A DNA stretch of 64,000 nucleotides, taken from NCBI GenBank assembly GCA_937870585.1, contig CALMZE010000007.1, forward strand, positions 29,064 through 93,063, in the 5' to 3' direction. The notes beneath the pieces are model-generated. The model saw only the letters and a program-made list of their open reading frames with translations. It had not been told where the DNA came from and searched no databases. Both the position numbers and the translations under genes were made by a program. Positions 46,590 to 55,900 of this stretch are shown piece by piece (within the stretch, counting starts at the first letter, position 1; every line of letters begins with the position of its first letter). The stretch is from an uncultured Sphingomonadales bacterium. Its GTDB lineage: Bacteria > Pseudomonadota > Alphaproteobacteria > Sphingomonadales > Sphingomonadaceae.

Positions 46590-48547
46590 CACATGTCCTC
46601 CGTGCAGCGGAGTTGCGCTGCACTGTTGCAAAGTTCTTCCAGCGAGAGGCGCTCTGTGTGCGATGTTCCGTGAGCGGGCTTGAAATTGTAGCGGAGCAGA
46701 TCTTGCGGCACGCCCTGCCTGTCACAGGCGACTGCCCAGAATACGCCATTGATGCGCAGGAGCGCGGCAATCCGACCTGCATCCGCGCCCAGATCCAGCG
46801 TCGCCTTATCTCGCGTTCGCCGCCCGCCAGAAAAGCGGCAGGATTCGATCACGCCCTCCCCGCCGAGCGCCGCATCAGACCAGATCTGCGCCTGCACACC
46901 ATTATTCTTGGCCACTGCATCGATGACACGCTCGACCGGCTCCACCTGAAATTGAAGCGCAGATGGCGACAGCGGGTGGTTGTAATGGCTATCGCTTTGC
47001 AGAACCGACCATTGGCCCGGCTGAATGGCGCAGGCCAGCGCGTTCTTTTCTGCGGCCCAGGCTATCCCGTGGAACGTCTTTGGCAATCTGGTACAATCGG
47101 GCAGGTAGTAGCTCGCCGATTCTCCTTCATTGCGCTTGATCACCTGCATGAACGCATGGCCACTTTGCATATAGCCCGCGATCTGGTCTGCCCCGGTGGA
47201 CAGCAAGATGCGGCGCGCTGAATATTTCGCTGAAAAGCGCCACGTCCAGCGATCAATGGCCTGCAGCACATAAGTCTGGCCGGAAGTTGAGTAAAATTCG
47301 ACGTCTCTCACACTATTCATACTGGGCAGTGCATAAGGGGAGCGGTTGTCGAACAGATGCTGGCTCGGCACGGCGTAGGACAGGATGGATGGTGCGTCGT
47401 GATTCTGGCCAGGCTTCAACTCAAACCGAAAATAGACAAGCCGCTGCTCGCCCTGCTGGACCTGATGATAGAGCACAAAAAGTTGATCATGGCGTACGGC
47501 AATCCCCGCCAGCAAGATGTCCGCTGGCAAGGGCAAGAACCAGTGCGCCTGCTGGGCACCGGCGGCGTTCACCTTCAGGATAAGCAGCCCGTACGCCACG
47601 CGCACCGCGCGATAATTCCCCGCCGGAGCAGACAGATAAAGCGGTTCCCATCCCGGCATTCCTGCGACGCTGTGGCTCTCCTGCCCCCCATCCCGCACGC
47701 GGACAGGGGCGGGAAAGGGCTTCTCCAGTGCGGACAGGCATTTTGCATCTGGCGCGAGTTCGATCCGCGCTGAATGGAGGCTGTGGCCGCCGCGCCTGAC
47801 GGTCAGCCGGGCCTCACGCGGCGTATCCCGCATTGGCGGCTGGAGGATGAAAGACAAAGCGTTGCGCTGCCTTGTGATCGCCGGAGCTTCGCCGCCCCAA
47901 TCGCGGGCAGACCCGATCACCCAATCCGCGACCTCTGGGCTCTTTGGCCGCGGTCTTTCCCCCGTGGCTTCGGCCCAGACCGCGCGCGCGTCTGCCAGAT
48001 CCTCATCATGGACTTCGCGAAACGCCCCAGACCGCAGGAAGCGCTTGATGCTGTTGACCGAAATATCGGTGAACCAGACAGCGCCCTCCGCCCGCGGCAG
48101 GAAGCACCAGTGAAACGCCGCACCCCGTTTTGCTGCCACGCGCGCCAGAAAGAACAGCGCCGCGAGCGCCACCAATCGGCCATGGCCCAATATATCCGGC
48201 CCTGCTGACAACACGACGCGCCACACAGGCCGCGTGCCGGGATCCGCATAGATGCGATCATGATAGAGTGTTTCAGATTCGGCCAGCCGCCGCAGAAATT
48301 CAAGTGGGGCCTCGGTCCGCAGCAGCAGCTCGCTTTGCAGGATATGATCAATCTCACCATGCAGCGTCAGGCCGCCCAAACCTTCAAATTCGCCTTGTTC
48401 GGCAAACTCCCGCTGCTCCAGCCCGCGTGCGAGCGGTTCGAACTGGATCAGTTGGCCGCACAGCACATCGGCCAGCGGGCGGGACAGCAGCGCGAGCACG
48501 GGCAGAAAGGGCGCATAGGCCGGAGGGAGCGAATCGGGCGCGCTCAT
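46589..48547 (-). CDS. Degenerate vWA-like MoxR partner with beta-rich C-terminus
   Basis: GEFEGLGGL...SELLL..E.PLEFLRR..ESE.LY pre-vWA motif; VLSAGPDILG where MIDAS DxSxS is expected. Confidence 0.6.
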   Translation of the reverse strand: MSAPDSLPPAYAPFLPVLALLSRPLADVLCGQLIQFEPLARGLEQREFAEQGEFEGLGGLTLHGEIDHILQSELLLRTEAPLEFLRRLAESETLYHDRIYADPGTRPVWRVVLSAGPDILGHGRLVALAALFFLARVAAKRGAAFHWCFLPRAEGAVWFTDISVNSIKRFLRSGAFREVHDEDLADARAVWAEATGERPRPKSPEVADWVIGSARDWGGEAPAITRQRNALSFILQPPMRDTPREARLTVRRGGHSLHSARIELAPDAKCLSALEKPFPAPVRVRDGGQESHSVAGMPGWEPLYLSAPAGNYRAVRVAYGLLILKVNAAGAQQAHWFLPLPADILLAGIAVRHDQLFVLYHQVQQGEQRLVYFRFELKPGQNHDAPSILSYAVPSQHLFDNRSPYALPSMNSVRDVEFYSTSGQTYVLQAIDRWTWRFSAKYSARRILLSTGADQIAGYMQSGHAFMQVIKRNEGESASYYLPDCTRLPKTFHGIAWAAEKNALACAIQPGQWSVLQSDSHYNHPLSPSALQFQVEPVERVIDAVAKNNGVQAQIWSDAALGGEGVIESCRFSGGRRTRDKATLDLGADAGRIAALLRINGVFWAVACDRQGVPQDLLRYNFKPAHGTSHTERLSLEELCNSAAQLRCTEDM

Positions 48548-48966
48548 ACGGAAACCGGGTCTCGGAGATGGACAGGATAAGCATCGACATCGCAGCTGAA
48601 CGATCTGGAGCCAAAGCGCGGCACGATGATTACGGGCGGAGCCCAGCCCGCATGGCGCGCAAAATCTTTCAGCAATTCGGCCTGCGCGGAATCGGGCACA
48701 TCAAGCGCGCTGCCAACCGGAAACCACCATCCGCTTTGCGCCTGATAGAGCGGAATCGCCCCTGCGATACGCGGCAGGACGGGCTGATCCTCTCCCTGCA
48801 AGGGACGACCGAACAGCGCAGCCCAATCTACGCCGACTGCAAAGGGCAGGCTGCGTGCGAAAGCCGGCTTGGCAAGCAGCGCTGCATCCAGCCTTGCGGA
48901 AGCCTCATCACCGATCAGCAGCAGGGCATCGACCGCCTGCACCGGATCAACCCGGCGCCAGTGCAT
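48544..48966 (-). CDS. bpX5-like small protein
   Basis: MHWRRVD...LP..AGAIPLY...WW.PVG..LDVP; coupled to MoxR gene. Confidence 0.55.
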   Translation of the reverse strand: MHWRRVDPVQAVDALLLIGDEASARLDAALLAKPAFARSLPFAVGVDWAALFGRPLQGEDQPVLPRIAGAIPLYQAQSGWWFPVGSALDVPDSAQAELLKDFARHAGWAPPVIIVPRFGSRSFSCDVDAYPVHLRDPVSV

Positions 48967-50165
48967 CAGGCGTCCGCACCCAAGGCGGACTGTCCCGCCG
49001 CACCTGTCCCCTTGTGTCCGGCGGCAAGGACAGCCTCGATGCTGGTGTGGAGCGCCCGCACATCCTGCGGCATGGCATCCGGCGAGAACGCAGCCTCGAT
49101 CCGCGTCAGCATCGTCTCCAGCCGGACCAGCCAATGTTCAAACAGACGATCCGTCTCCAAAGCGGGGCGCGCCTGCAACAGCTGAGCGGCCTGCTCCGCC
49201 AGCAAGGCGGCATGGGCAGCCAGCCCATGCGTCGCCTGCGCCACGCTGCTCGTCAGAACGGGATTACGGCTCTGCTCCAGTTCGACATGGAGCAGATCGC
49301 GCACCTCCTGCTGTCGCTCGCGCGACTGGACAAGATAGGTGACCGGCCAGAGATCCTCCGCGCCCGCCTTCATGTTGCCACGCAGCAGAGCCGCCGCCGC
49401 AATCAGCTTGAGCCCCTTGACCAGCTTGCGGTCTGAAATCGGCACGCCGGTCAGGCGGATTTTGCGGACGATATGCGCATAGTCCTCCCTTACGCCTCCA
49501 ACATCAACAGTGAGGATCGCCGCCTGAAGCCGCGCCAGCACCGACCGGTCGAGCGGCGGAACCGGCGCGTTGCCCGCCAGCGTTTCACGCCACCCGGCAT
49601 CGAGCAGCGCAGGAAGCTGATCCTCCCCAACCGGATCAACGAACATCGTCACCAGAAACCGATCAGCAAACGCCGCCAATGCAGCGTCTTCGGGCAATTC
49701 GTTCGATGCTGCGATGCAGGAGATCAGCGGCACCTGCGTCTGGAACTGGCCCCGCCGATAGGTGCGCTCGTTGAGGATTTTGAGCAGCGAGTTGAGAATG
49801 GCGGTCGAACCCAGAAAAATTTCATCGAGAAAGGCGACCTCGGCTTCGGGCAACATCCCGCTCGTTACCGGTCGCACCTCGCCGTCGCGTAACGCCGCCA
49901 GATCGAGCGCACCGAACAACTCGCCCGGCTCTGTGAAGCGTCCGATCAGATATTCGAAGGATCGCGCATCCACGGCCCGCGCCATGGCCTGCACCGCCGC
50001 CGATTTGCCGGTCCCCGGCGGGCCGATCAGCAACACATGTTCGCGCGTCAGCAAACCCAGCATGACCAGCTCAAGCAGCGCGCGCCGCGATACGAATTGC
50101 CCCGCCAATGCATCAAGATGCGCATTAACCTGTTCAATTGCGCCCGAAATTTCACCTTGATCCAT
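48966..50165 (-). CDS. MoxR/RavA family AAA+ ATPase
   Basis: REHVLLIGPPGTGKS, YLIGRFTEPGELFG, FLDEIF, ILNERTY, ASNELP, DRF. Confidence 0.92.
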   Translation of the reverse strand: MDQGEISGAIEQVNAHLDALAGQFVSRRALLELVMLGLLTREHVLLIGPPGTGKSAAVQAMARAVDARSFEYLIGRFTEPGELFGALDLAALRDGEVRPVTSGMLPEAEVAFLDEIFLGSTAILNSLLKILNERTYRRGQFQTQVPLISCIAASNELPEDAALAAFADRFLVTMFVDPVGEDQLPALLDAGWRETLAGNAPVPPLDRSVLARLQAAILTVDVGGVREDYAHIVRKIRLTGVPISDRKLVKGLKLIAAAALLRGNMKAGAEDLWPVTYLVQSRERQQEVRDLLHVELEQSRNPVLTSSVAQATHGLAAHAALLAEQAAQLLQARPALETDRLFEHWLVRLETMLTRIEAAFSPDAMPQDVRALHTSIEAVLAAGHKGTGAAGQSALGADA

Positions 50166-50357
50166 AGGGTAACAATTCTTTCTTTCATCGTCCAGGCCGC
50201 ACCCTATTGCGCCTTTTCGAAATCGCACAGCCTTTAATGTCTTCGGTCGATCAATTGCGATGTCGGGATGGTGGAATGAAGCCCTGCGCCTGCATTGCAT
50301 CGCATGAGAGTGCGAAAGCGCGAATCCCGCAAGTCACAGCGCTGAACCAACTGCCTG

Positions 50358-51005
50358 TCAGCCACCAAGATGCTGGCTGATGGCCCTATCCGTCAATCCG
50401 ATACCACGGCAGCAAAACCAGATGGCATCACGCTGCAATGCTTCGCCGTCATAAATCTCTGACGCGTTGGACAAGGCGCAAACCATATTCAGCATCGTCC
50501 CCAGATGCTCGTGAAACATGGCCAGATTTTTGGGACGCAATGACGGACCAACAATATCTCCCGAAGCGCGCGCCGCTTCCATGGCCACAAGGATCTGGTG
50601 GTGCATCTTGCGCTGTGCCCGACGATAGACAAGGCTGGCATAGCCCCCTTCTCCAGCGAGGCTGGCCAGAAGCATCCGCAAGCCCTCATGCATTCGGCCT
50701 TGCGTGCCAGACATGGAAATCTCGATATAGTTGCGGATCGAATTGATCAGCCCGGCCGTGCTCGGCTCCGGCAAGGGCATCTGCCTGTAGTTGGCATCCT
50801 GTTCGCGGATCATTTGGCGCAGAACGGCCCGATACAGCGCCAGCTTCGAAGGATAGTGGCGATAGACCAGCGCTTCGGACACCTTCGCTTCCGAGGCGAT
50901 CTTTTGGGTCTTTGCCCCTTCATAGCCCGCTTCGGCAAACACCTTGCGCGCGGCCTCCAGGATAAGGCTCCGGCGTTCGGCGGAAGGGATGCGCTTTCTG
51001 GGCAT
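50358..51005 (-). CDS. TetR/AcrR family regulator
   Basis: ILEAARKVFAEAGYEGAKTQKIASEAKVSEALVYRHY. Confidence 0.92.
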   Translation of the reverse strand: MPRKRIPSAERRSLILEAARKVFAEAGYEGAKTQKIASEAKVSEALVYRHYPSKLALYRAVLRQMIREQDANYRQMPLPEPSTAGLINSIRNYIEISMSGTQGRMHEGLRMLLASLAGEGGYASLVYRRAQRKMHHQILVAMEAARASGDIVGPSLRPKNLAMFHEHLGTMLNMVCALSNASEIYDGEALQRDAIWFCCRGIGLTDRAISQHLGG

Positions 51006-51225
51006 GAATGCTCACTTACTTGCAGCGCCATGGCGTGGCAATCTGAAAGCGTGCGGGATAGCGCCAGATTTGGGCCATTTTGTTCTTGCCCCTATCACAG
51101 TTTACGCGGCCCACTCCAATAGGAAACACTCACTTGCTCCGCCAACGGGAAGCAGGCCTCGATTGCCGCAGCTGCGCCACCGCCTATCTCCCGCATTGAC
51201 ATGCGGCCCAGAGACATTACCAAAG

Positions 51226-51239
51226 TAAGTATATACTTA
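51226..51239. promoter_or_regulatory. Candidate TetR operator 1
   Basis: Perfect palindrome TAAGTATATACTTA upstream of the VOC gene. Confidence 0.6.
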
Positions 51240-51260
51240 AATATTGAGGAGAGCCGCATC

Positions 51261-51704
51261 ATGACCGAATTGCCCGCCCGCGCCTTTGGCGTCTCCAAGG
51301 ATGCCATGCCGGTGTTTTGCAAGGTTTTCGTTCATGATCTGAAGGCGATGGCGGCCTTTTATGAAGAGGTGTTCGGCCTTGTCCCTATCTTTGAACATAG
51401 CGACGATATGATGGGGCGGATGATCAGCGAGATCGGCTATGGCGCGGGCTATCCGGGCGGTACCGAACTGACGTTGATCCAATATCATGATTCAAAGGCA
51501 CCGATTGCAGGCGAGTCCGTGATCGGCTTTACCACTACGGATTTGAACGCCTGTGTGGCGCGGGCCAAGGCGGCAGGCGGGCGCGTTCATGAACCCATCA
51601 AACGGCTCGACCAGTTCGGCATCTCGGTGACATTCATCATGGACCCCGAAGGCCATGTGAATGAAGTCGTCCAGCTTGATACGCCGATGGCGGCGCTCTC
51701 CTGA
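51261..51704 (+). CDS. VOC/glyoxalase family protein
   Basis: KVFVHDLKAMAAFYEEVFGL...MDPEGHVNEVVQ. Confidence 0.85.
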   Translation: MTELPARAFGVSKDAMPVFCKVFVHDLKAMAAFYEEVFGLVPIFEHSDDMMGRMISEIGYGAGYPGGTELTLIQYHDSKAPIAGESVIGFTTTDLNACVARAKAAGGRVHEPIKRLDQFGISVTFIMDPEGHVNEVVQLDTPMAALS

Positions 51705-52627
51705 TGCCTGTGGATCCGATGATCGTCGCCATGCTGGCCCAGGCTCCCGAATGGCCCGGCGTGCGCGCCATGGATCTGGCGACCCTCCGCCAGTCCGTGC
51801 GCGACAGCTCGATCCTGCTTCCTGCTGCGGAGGACACGCCCATAGCCCGCGTCGAAGATCGCTCAATCGCGGATGGCCTGCGGACCCGCATCTACTGGCC
51901 CGCAGGCGATGGCCCTCACCCTGTCACGCTCTACATGCACGGTGGCGGTTATGTGGTGGGCGACCTCGACACGCAGGATATGATCGCCCGCGCGCTGTGC
52001 CATTGGGGCCAGACCCTGCTCGTCTCACTCGATTACCGGCTGGCACCCGAACATAAATTCCCGGCCGCACCCAATGATGTGTGGAATGCGCTCAACTGGC
52101 TCGCTGTGCACGCGGCAGAGTTGGGCGGTGATCCGGCGCGGCTTGCGGTGGCAGGAGACAGTGCTGGCGGCAATCTGGCCTGTGCAGCAGCCTTGCGCGC
52201 ACGCGACGCAGGGCTATCCTTGCGCGCGCAGGTCAACCTTTATGGATCCTGCAACTATCCCAGCGAAGACCGGCCCTCGGCCCGCGAATTTGCGAACGGC
52301 CCCATCCTCAAGGCGGACGATGTTGCCTGGTTCTGGGAGCAATATCTGGAAGACCCCGCACAGGCCAACAATCCGCAGGCTTCCCCCTATCGCGCGGCGA
52401 GCCATGAAGGGCTCGCGCCTGCCTTCATTGGCACGGCAGAATGCGATCCCTCGCGCGACGATGCAGAGGCCTATGCCGAAACGCTGCGCCAGGCTGGTGT
52501 CGATGTGGTCGCAAAGCGCTATGCCGGCATGGTTCACGGCTTTGCATCCTGGGTGGCATTCCTCCCCGGCGCGCGAGAGGTGTTGCAGGATGCTGGGACT
52601 TTCCTGCGCAACAGGTTCACACTCTAG
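51704..52627 (+). CDS. HSL-family esterase (alpha/beta hydrolase)
   Basis: HGGG, GDSAGG, ECDP, HGF. Confidence 0.92.
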   Translation: MPVDPMIVAMLAQAPEWPGVRAMDLATLRQSVRDSSILLPAAEDTPIARVEDRSIADGLRTRIYWPAGDGPHPVTLYMHGGGYVVGDLDTQDMIARALCHWGQTLLVSLDYRLAPEHKFPAAPNDVWNALNWLAVHAAELGGDPARLAVAGDSAGGNLACAAALRARDAGLSLRAQVNLYGSCNYPSEDRPSAREFANGPILKADDVAWFWEQYLEDPAQANNPQASPYRAASHEGLAPAFIGTAECDPSRDDAEAYAETLRQAGVDVVAKRYAGMVHGFASWVAFLPGAREVLQDAGTFLRNRFTL

Positions 52628-52675
52628 CCGCCACGGCAGCCGAATGTGCCGTAACGGGCGGTGGGGCGCGCTTCA

Positions 52676-54601
52676 TCAGGGATGGAGCGTGTAACTCCCT
52701 TCTTCCGGCGCGCGCGTGGCATTGAAATAGTCGACCAGCCGCCACGGCCAGCTCAGGAACACGCGGCGCTTGCTGTTCATGTAGTAATTGTTCGCCTTGG
52801 GGTGCGTCCAGATCATATCCGGCATTCGGGCCTCCACCTTGGCGTTCCAGTCATCAAAGGCCTTTTGCGTGACCTCGAATGATCTCGCCCCTGCGTCCAC
52901 CACACGATCCAATGCCTCGATGATCCAGTTGATCTGGCATTCAGTCACCAGATTCTGCCCTGCTGCATGATTGGGGGCGCTGTTGGGGCCGACCGTGTGG
53001 AAATAATTGGGATAGCCCGGAATGCACATGCCCAGATAGGAGCGGGGATCATCCTCCCCCCATTCGCTGCCCAGATCGCGCCCGCCCACGCCGGTGATGG
53101 ACAAGTTGCCAATCATCTTGGCGACATTGAACCCTGTGGCGCACACGATGATGTCGCACGCGAACAGGTTTCCATCCCTGTCTTCCACACCCTCGGGCGT
53201 GATCCGGGCGATACCGCGATCATGCAACGTGACGTGCGGCTGCCTGAGCGCATCGAGCCAGCCGTTATCGAGCACGATCCGCTTCGAGAAAATGGGAAAG
53301 TCCGGCGTCAGCTTTTCGATCAGATCGGGACGGTCCTTGAGTTTGAGATCAAGGATGCCGAGCGCCCATTGCCGCACCTGCTCGTTGCTTTCTGACACCG
53401 CGAGATCATTGCCCTCCCAAGCCGGATCCTTGAGCACATTTTCAAACAGGCCGTCGGCCGCAGCCCAATAGACGCGGAAGCGGAACCATTGTTTGAAGCC
53501 GGGAATATGCGCGAGCGCCCATTTCATCCCCTCGCTCACTTCATGTGCGATTTCCGGGTTGGAAATCACCCAATGCTTGGTGCGCTGATAGACAGTGAGT
53601 TCGGACACATCGCCCGCAATCGCGCCCACCAACTGCGCAGCACTGGCCGCCGTGCCGATCACGGCCACGCGCTTGCCCTTCAGGTCGAGCCCTTCGGGCC
53701 AGTCTGCGGTGTGGACAATCGGGCCGTTGAAGCCGCGAAGGCCTTCAATCTCGGGCCATTTGAAGCGGTTGACCGGGCCATGGCCGTTGATCACCGCATT
53801 GGCGCGGATCGTCTCACTTGTGCCATCTGCGGTGCGGATCGTGACGGACCATAATCCCTCAGCCTCATCATAAGCGAGCGTTTCAACGCAGGTGTTGAAG
53901 CGGATGTTCCGCCGCACATCATATTTGTCCGCCACTTCCAGCATGTAGCGCTGCATGTCTGCACCGTGTGGGTGATAATGCTGCCAATCTGGCCATATTT
54001 CCCACGAGTAGCTGTAGAAGTGGCTGGGGGTGTCAACACCGACGCCGGGATAGCGGTTTTCATACCAAGTGCCGCCCACTTCGGGATTTTTCTCGATGAT
54101 GACATGGTCATAGCCCGCTTCATCGAGTTTCATGGCCGCGCACATGCCGGTCATGCCAGCGCCGATCACCAACACCTTGAATCCGTTCGGGCGAGGCGCG
54201 CGGCCGGGCAGCTTGGACCGGTCAATCCAGGGTTTGAAGCCGCATTGATCATAGACGAGGTCGATGAAATCTTCTTCCACATCCTCACCCACGCAGACAC
54301 TCATGATCTTGCGCATCAGCGCGGGCGACGGCGCATCGGTGCGCGTTGCGCCCGGCGAGGTCAGCGCGCTGCGCATGGCCTCAATCAGCGTTTCCCCCAC
54401 ACCGAGCGGGATTTCAGTGGGCGGCCAGCTGAATGCCGGTTTGATAAGCGGACGAAATTTTTCGAGCATCGCGTCATCGTGCGTGAGATAGACATAGGCT
54501 GCGAGCAGTGTCGGCGCATTAGCCTCGGAAAGCGCCGTCCGTAGCTCTGGCGAATCATCCAGCAGGGCCGCGTTTCCAGCGTTTTCGACTGCTTGAACCA
54601 T
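52676..54601 (-). CDS. Type I Baeyer-Villiger monooxygenase with N-terminal extension (HAPMO-like)
   Basis: GAGMTG, GGTWYENRYPG, FNGPIVHTADW fingerprint, ATGF. Confidence 0.88.
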   Translation of the reverse strand: MVQAVENAGNAALLDDSPELRTALSEANAPTLLAAYVYLTHDDAMLEKFRPLIKPAFSWPPTEIPLGVGETLIEAMRSALTSPGATRTDAPSPALMRKIMSVCVGEDVEEDFIDLVYDQCGFKPWIDRSKLPGRAPRPNGFKVLVIGAGMTGMCAAMKLDEAGYDHVIIEKNPEVGGTWYENRYPGVGVDTPSHFYSYSWEIWPDWQHYHPHGADMQRYMLEVADKYDVRRNIRFNTCVETLAYDEAEGLWSVTIRTADGTSETIRANAVINGHGPVNRFKWPEIEGLRGFNGPIVHTADWPEGLDLKGKRVAVIGTAASAAQLVGAIAGDVSELTVYQRTKHWVISNPEIAHEVSEGMKWALAHIPGFKQWFRFRVYWAAADGLFENVLKDPAWEGNDLAVSESNEQVRQWALGILDLKLKDRPDLIEKLTPDFPIFSKRIVLDNGWLDALRQPHVTLHDRGIARITPEGVEDRDGNLFACDIIVCATGFNVAKMIGNLSITGVGGRDLGSEWGEDDPRSYLGMCIPGYPNYFHTVGPNSAPNHAAGQNLVTECQINWIIEALDRVVDAGARSFEVTQKAFDDWNAKVEARMPDMIWTHPKANNYYMNSKRRVFLSWPWRLVDYFNATRAPEEGSYTLHP

Positions 54602-54628
54602 CGTCAAACCCCTCCATTCATTCATTTG

Positions 54629-54728
54629 TGAGTATTGACTTACATATTGTCGTGGAGGCTGGCAACTGCTTTTGCCGTATGAAATTTGGGGCTTGTCCGA
54701 CAAGTGATTAAATGTAAGTTGTAACTAA
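54629..54728. promoter_or_regulatory. Candidate TetR operators 2 and 3
   Basis: TGAGT-ATTG-ACTTA (54629-54642) and TAAGT-TGTA-ACTAA (54715-54728), each one mismatch from TAAGT-N4-ACTTA. Confidence 0.55.
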
Positions 54729-54786
54729 CTTATAAAAATACACGCTGCCGAATCATCCGGTTTGCAGCACGAAGAGGAGCACAGGG

Positions 54787-55869
54787 ATGCTGAACGACGC
54801 CCAGAAATTAGCCATTTCCAATGTGTTGAGGCCCGCCGCTCCGCCGCGCGAGCTGGATGATGTTTTCTCTGCCGATCAGCTGCGCCGGATGCTCGATGTC
54901 GTCCATGCCGAAGGCCCGTGGAAGCTGATCATCGCCCAACATTTCGCGTCCGCCGAGGAACTGGTGGCCACCATGTCGGGCGGTATGCCGCAGGGTGTCG
55001 AACCGCAGCTCGACTGGTTTCTGACGCCCACGTTCCGCGGCCATTATGCGCAATATTCGGCCTGTCTTTTTCCTGAGATTGACGACTGTTTCTACAATTC
55101 GCGCTTTCTGGAACTCGCCAAATCCTATTGGAATGCCGCCTATGCCAAGCCCGAAAAGATGCTGTTCAATGTGAACGGCGCGTGCGGCAACACTGATCCC
55201 GGCCATCTTGATTCCCCCAGCTTCCGGGGCGTGCGCTACGAAAATGCGCCCACCTGGCTGTGTTCGGTGATGGGCAAATCAGGGCTGTTTCAGGATTATC
55301 TCATCAAAATGGCGCAGGTCATCACCTGGTTCAGCCATGATGAAGGCAGCGGCTTCACCTATTGGCCAGATGGCCCGCTGAAGGCCCCGCAGCGGCTGAT
55401 GCCCCCGGTCTATAATCGCGGTGTCCTCGTGCAGAATGAGATGATGGTGCATCGCGGTGAGGCCAATGGTCCGCTCGATCAGCAGCGCCCGGCGGGGCTG
55501 GATTTCGAGACGCGCTTTCGCGGCGAGCCCGGCAATCCGGACGGCTGGCAGGCCGTCAATGGAGACACGGTGATTGCGCGCTACGATACGCGTGACCTGC
55601 GCTTCCTGGTGCATTGGTCGGCTGAGGTGTTTGCCGATTATGCCGAGCTCAAGAAGAATATGGATCACACCGATGATCTGACGTTCGACCGCGTGTTCGA
55701 AACGCTGATCAAGGATTGCCGGGCGCGCGGGATCGAAATCGCCACGCCGACCGATCCGTTGCGCGATCCCCAGTTCATCATGACGTTGAACGCGGCCTAT
55801 GATTTTGGCGGCCCGCGTGAATATCCGGCAGAGGCTCCTGTCACGCCCATCTACGCACAGGCTGCGTAA
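54787..55869 (+). CDS. Hypothetical protein, possible Fe(II)/2-oxoglutarate oxygenase fold
   Basis: GHLDSP (HxD) and distal NEMMVHRG. Confidence 0.5.
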   Translation: MLNDAQKLAISNVLRPAAPPRELDDVFSADQLRRMLDVVHAEGPWKLIIAQHFASAEELVATMSGGMPQGVEPQLDWFLTPTFRGHYAQYSACLFPEIDDCFYNSRFLELAKSYWNAAYAKPEKMLFNVNGACGNTDPGHLDSPSFRGVRYENAPTWLCSVMGKSGLFQDYLIKMAQVITWFSHDEGSGFTYWPDGPLKAPQRLMPPVYNRGVLVQNEMMVHRGEANGPLDQQRPAGLDFETRFRGEPGNPDGWQAVNGDTVIARYDTRDLRFLVHWSAEVFADYAELKKNMDHTDDLTFDRVFETLIKDCRARGIEIATPTDPLRDPQFIMTLNAAYDFGGPREYPAEAPVTPIYAQAA

Positions 55870-55900
55870 GACAAAATCCATAAAAGAGAGGGAGGATGTT

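Noticed and set aside
50166-50357. Possible structured leader or riboswitch upstream of the MoxR operon
   Set aside because: Only short stems and a GAAA loop on the opposite strand; no recognisable aptamer consensus.
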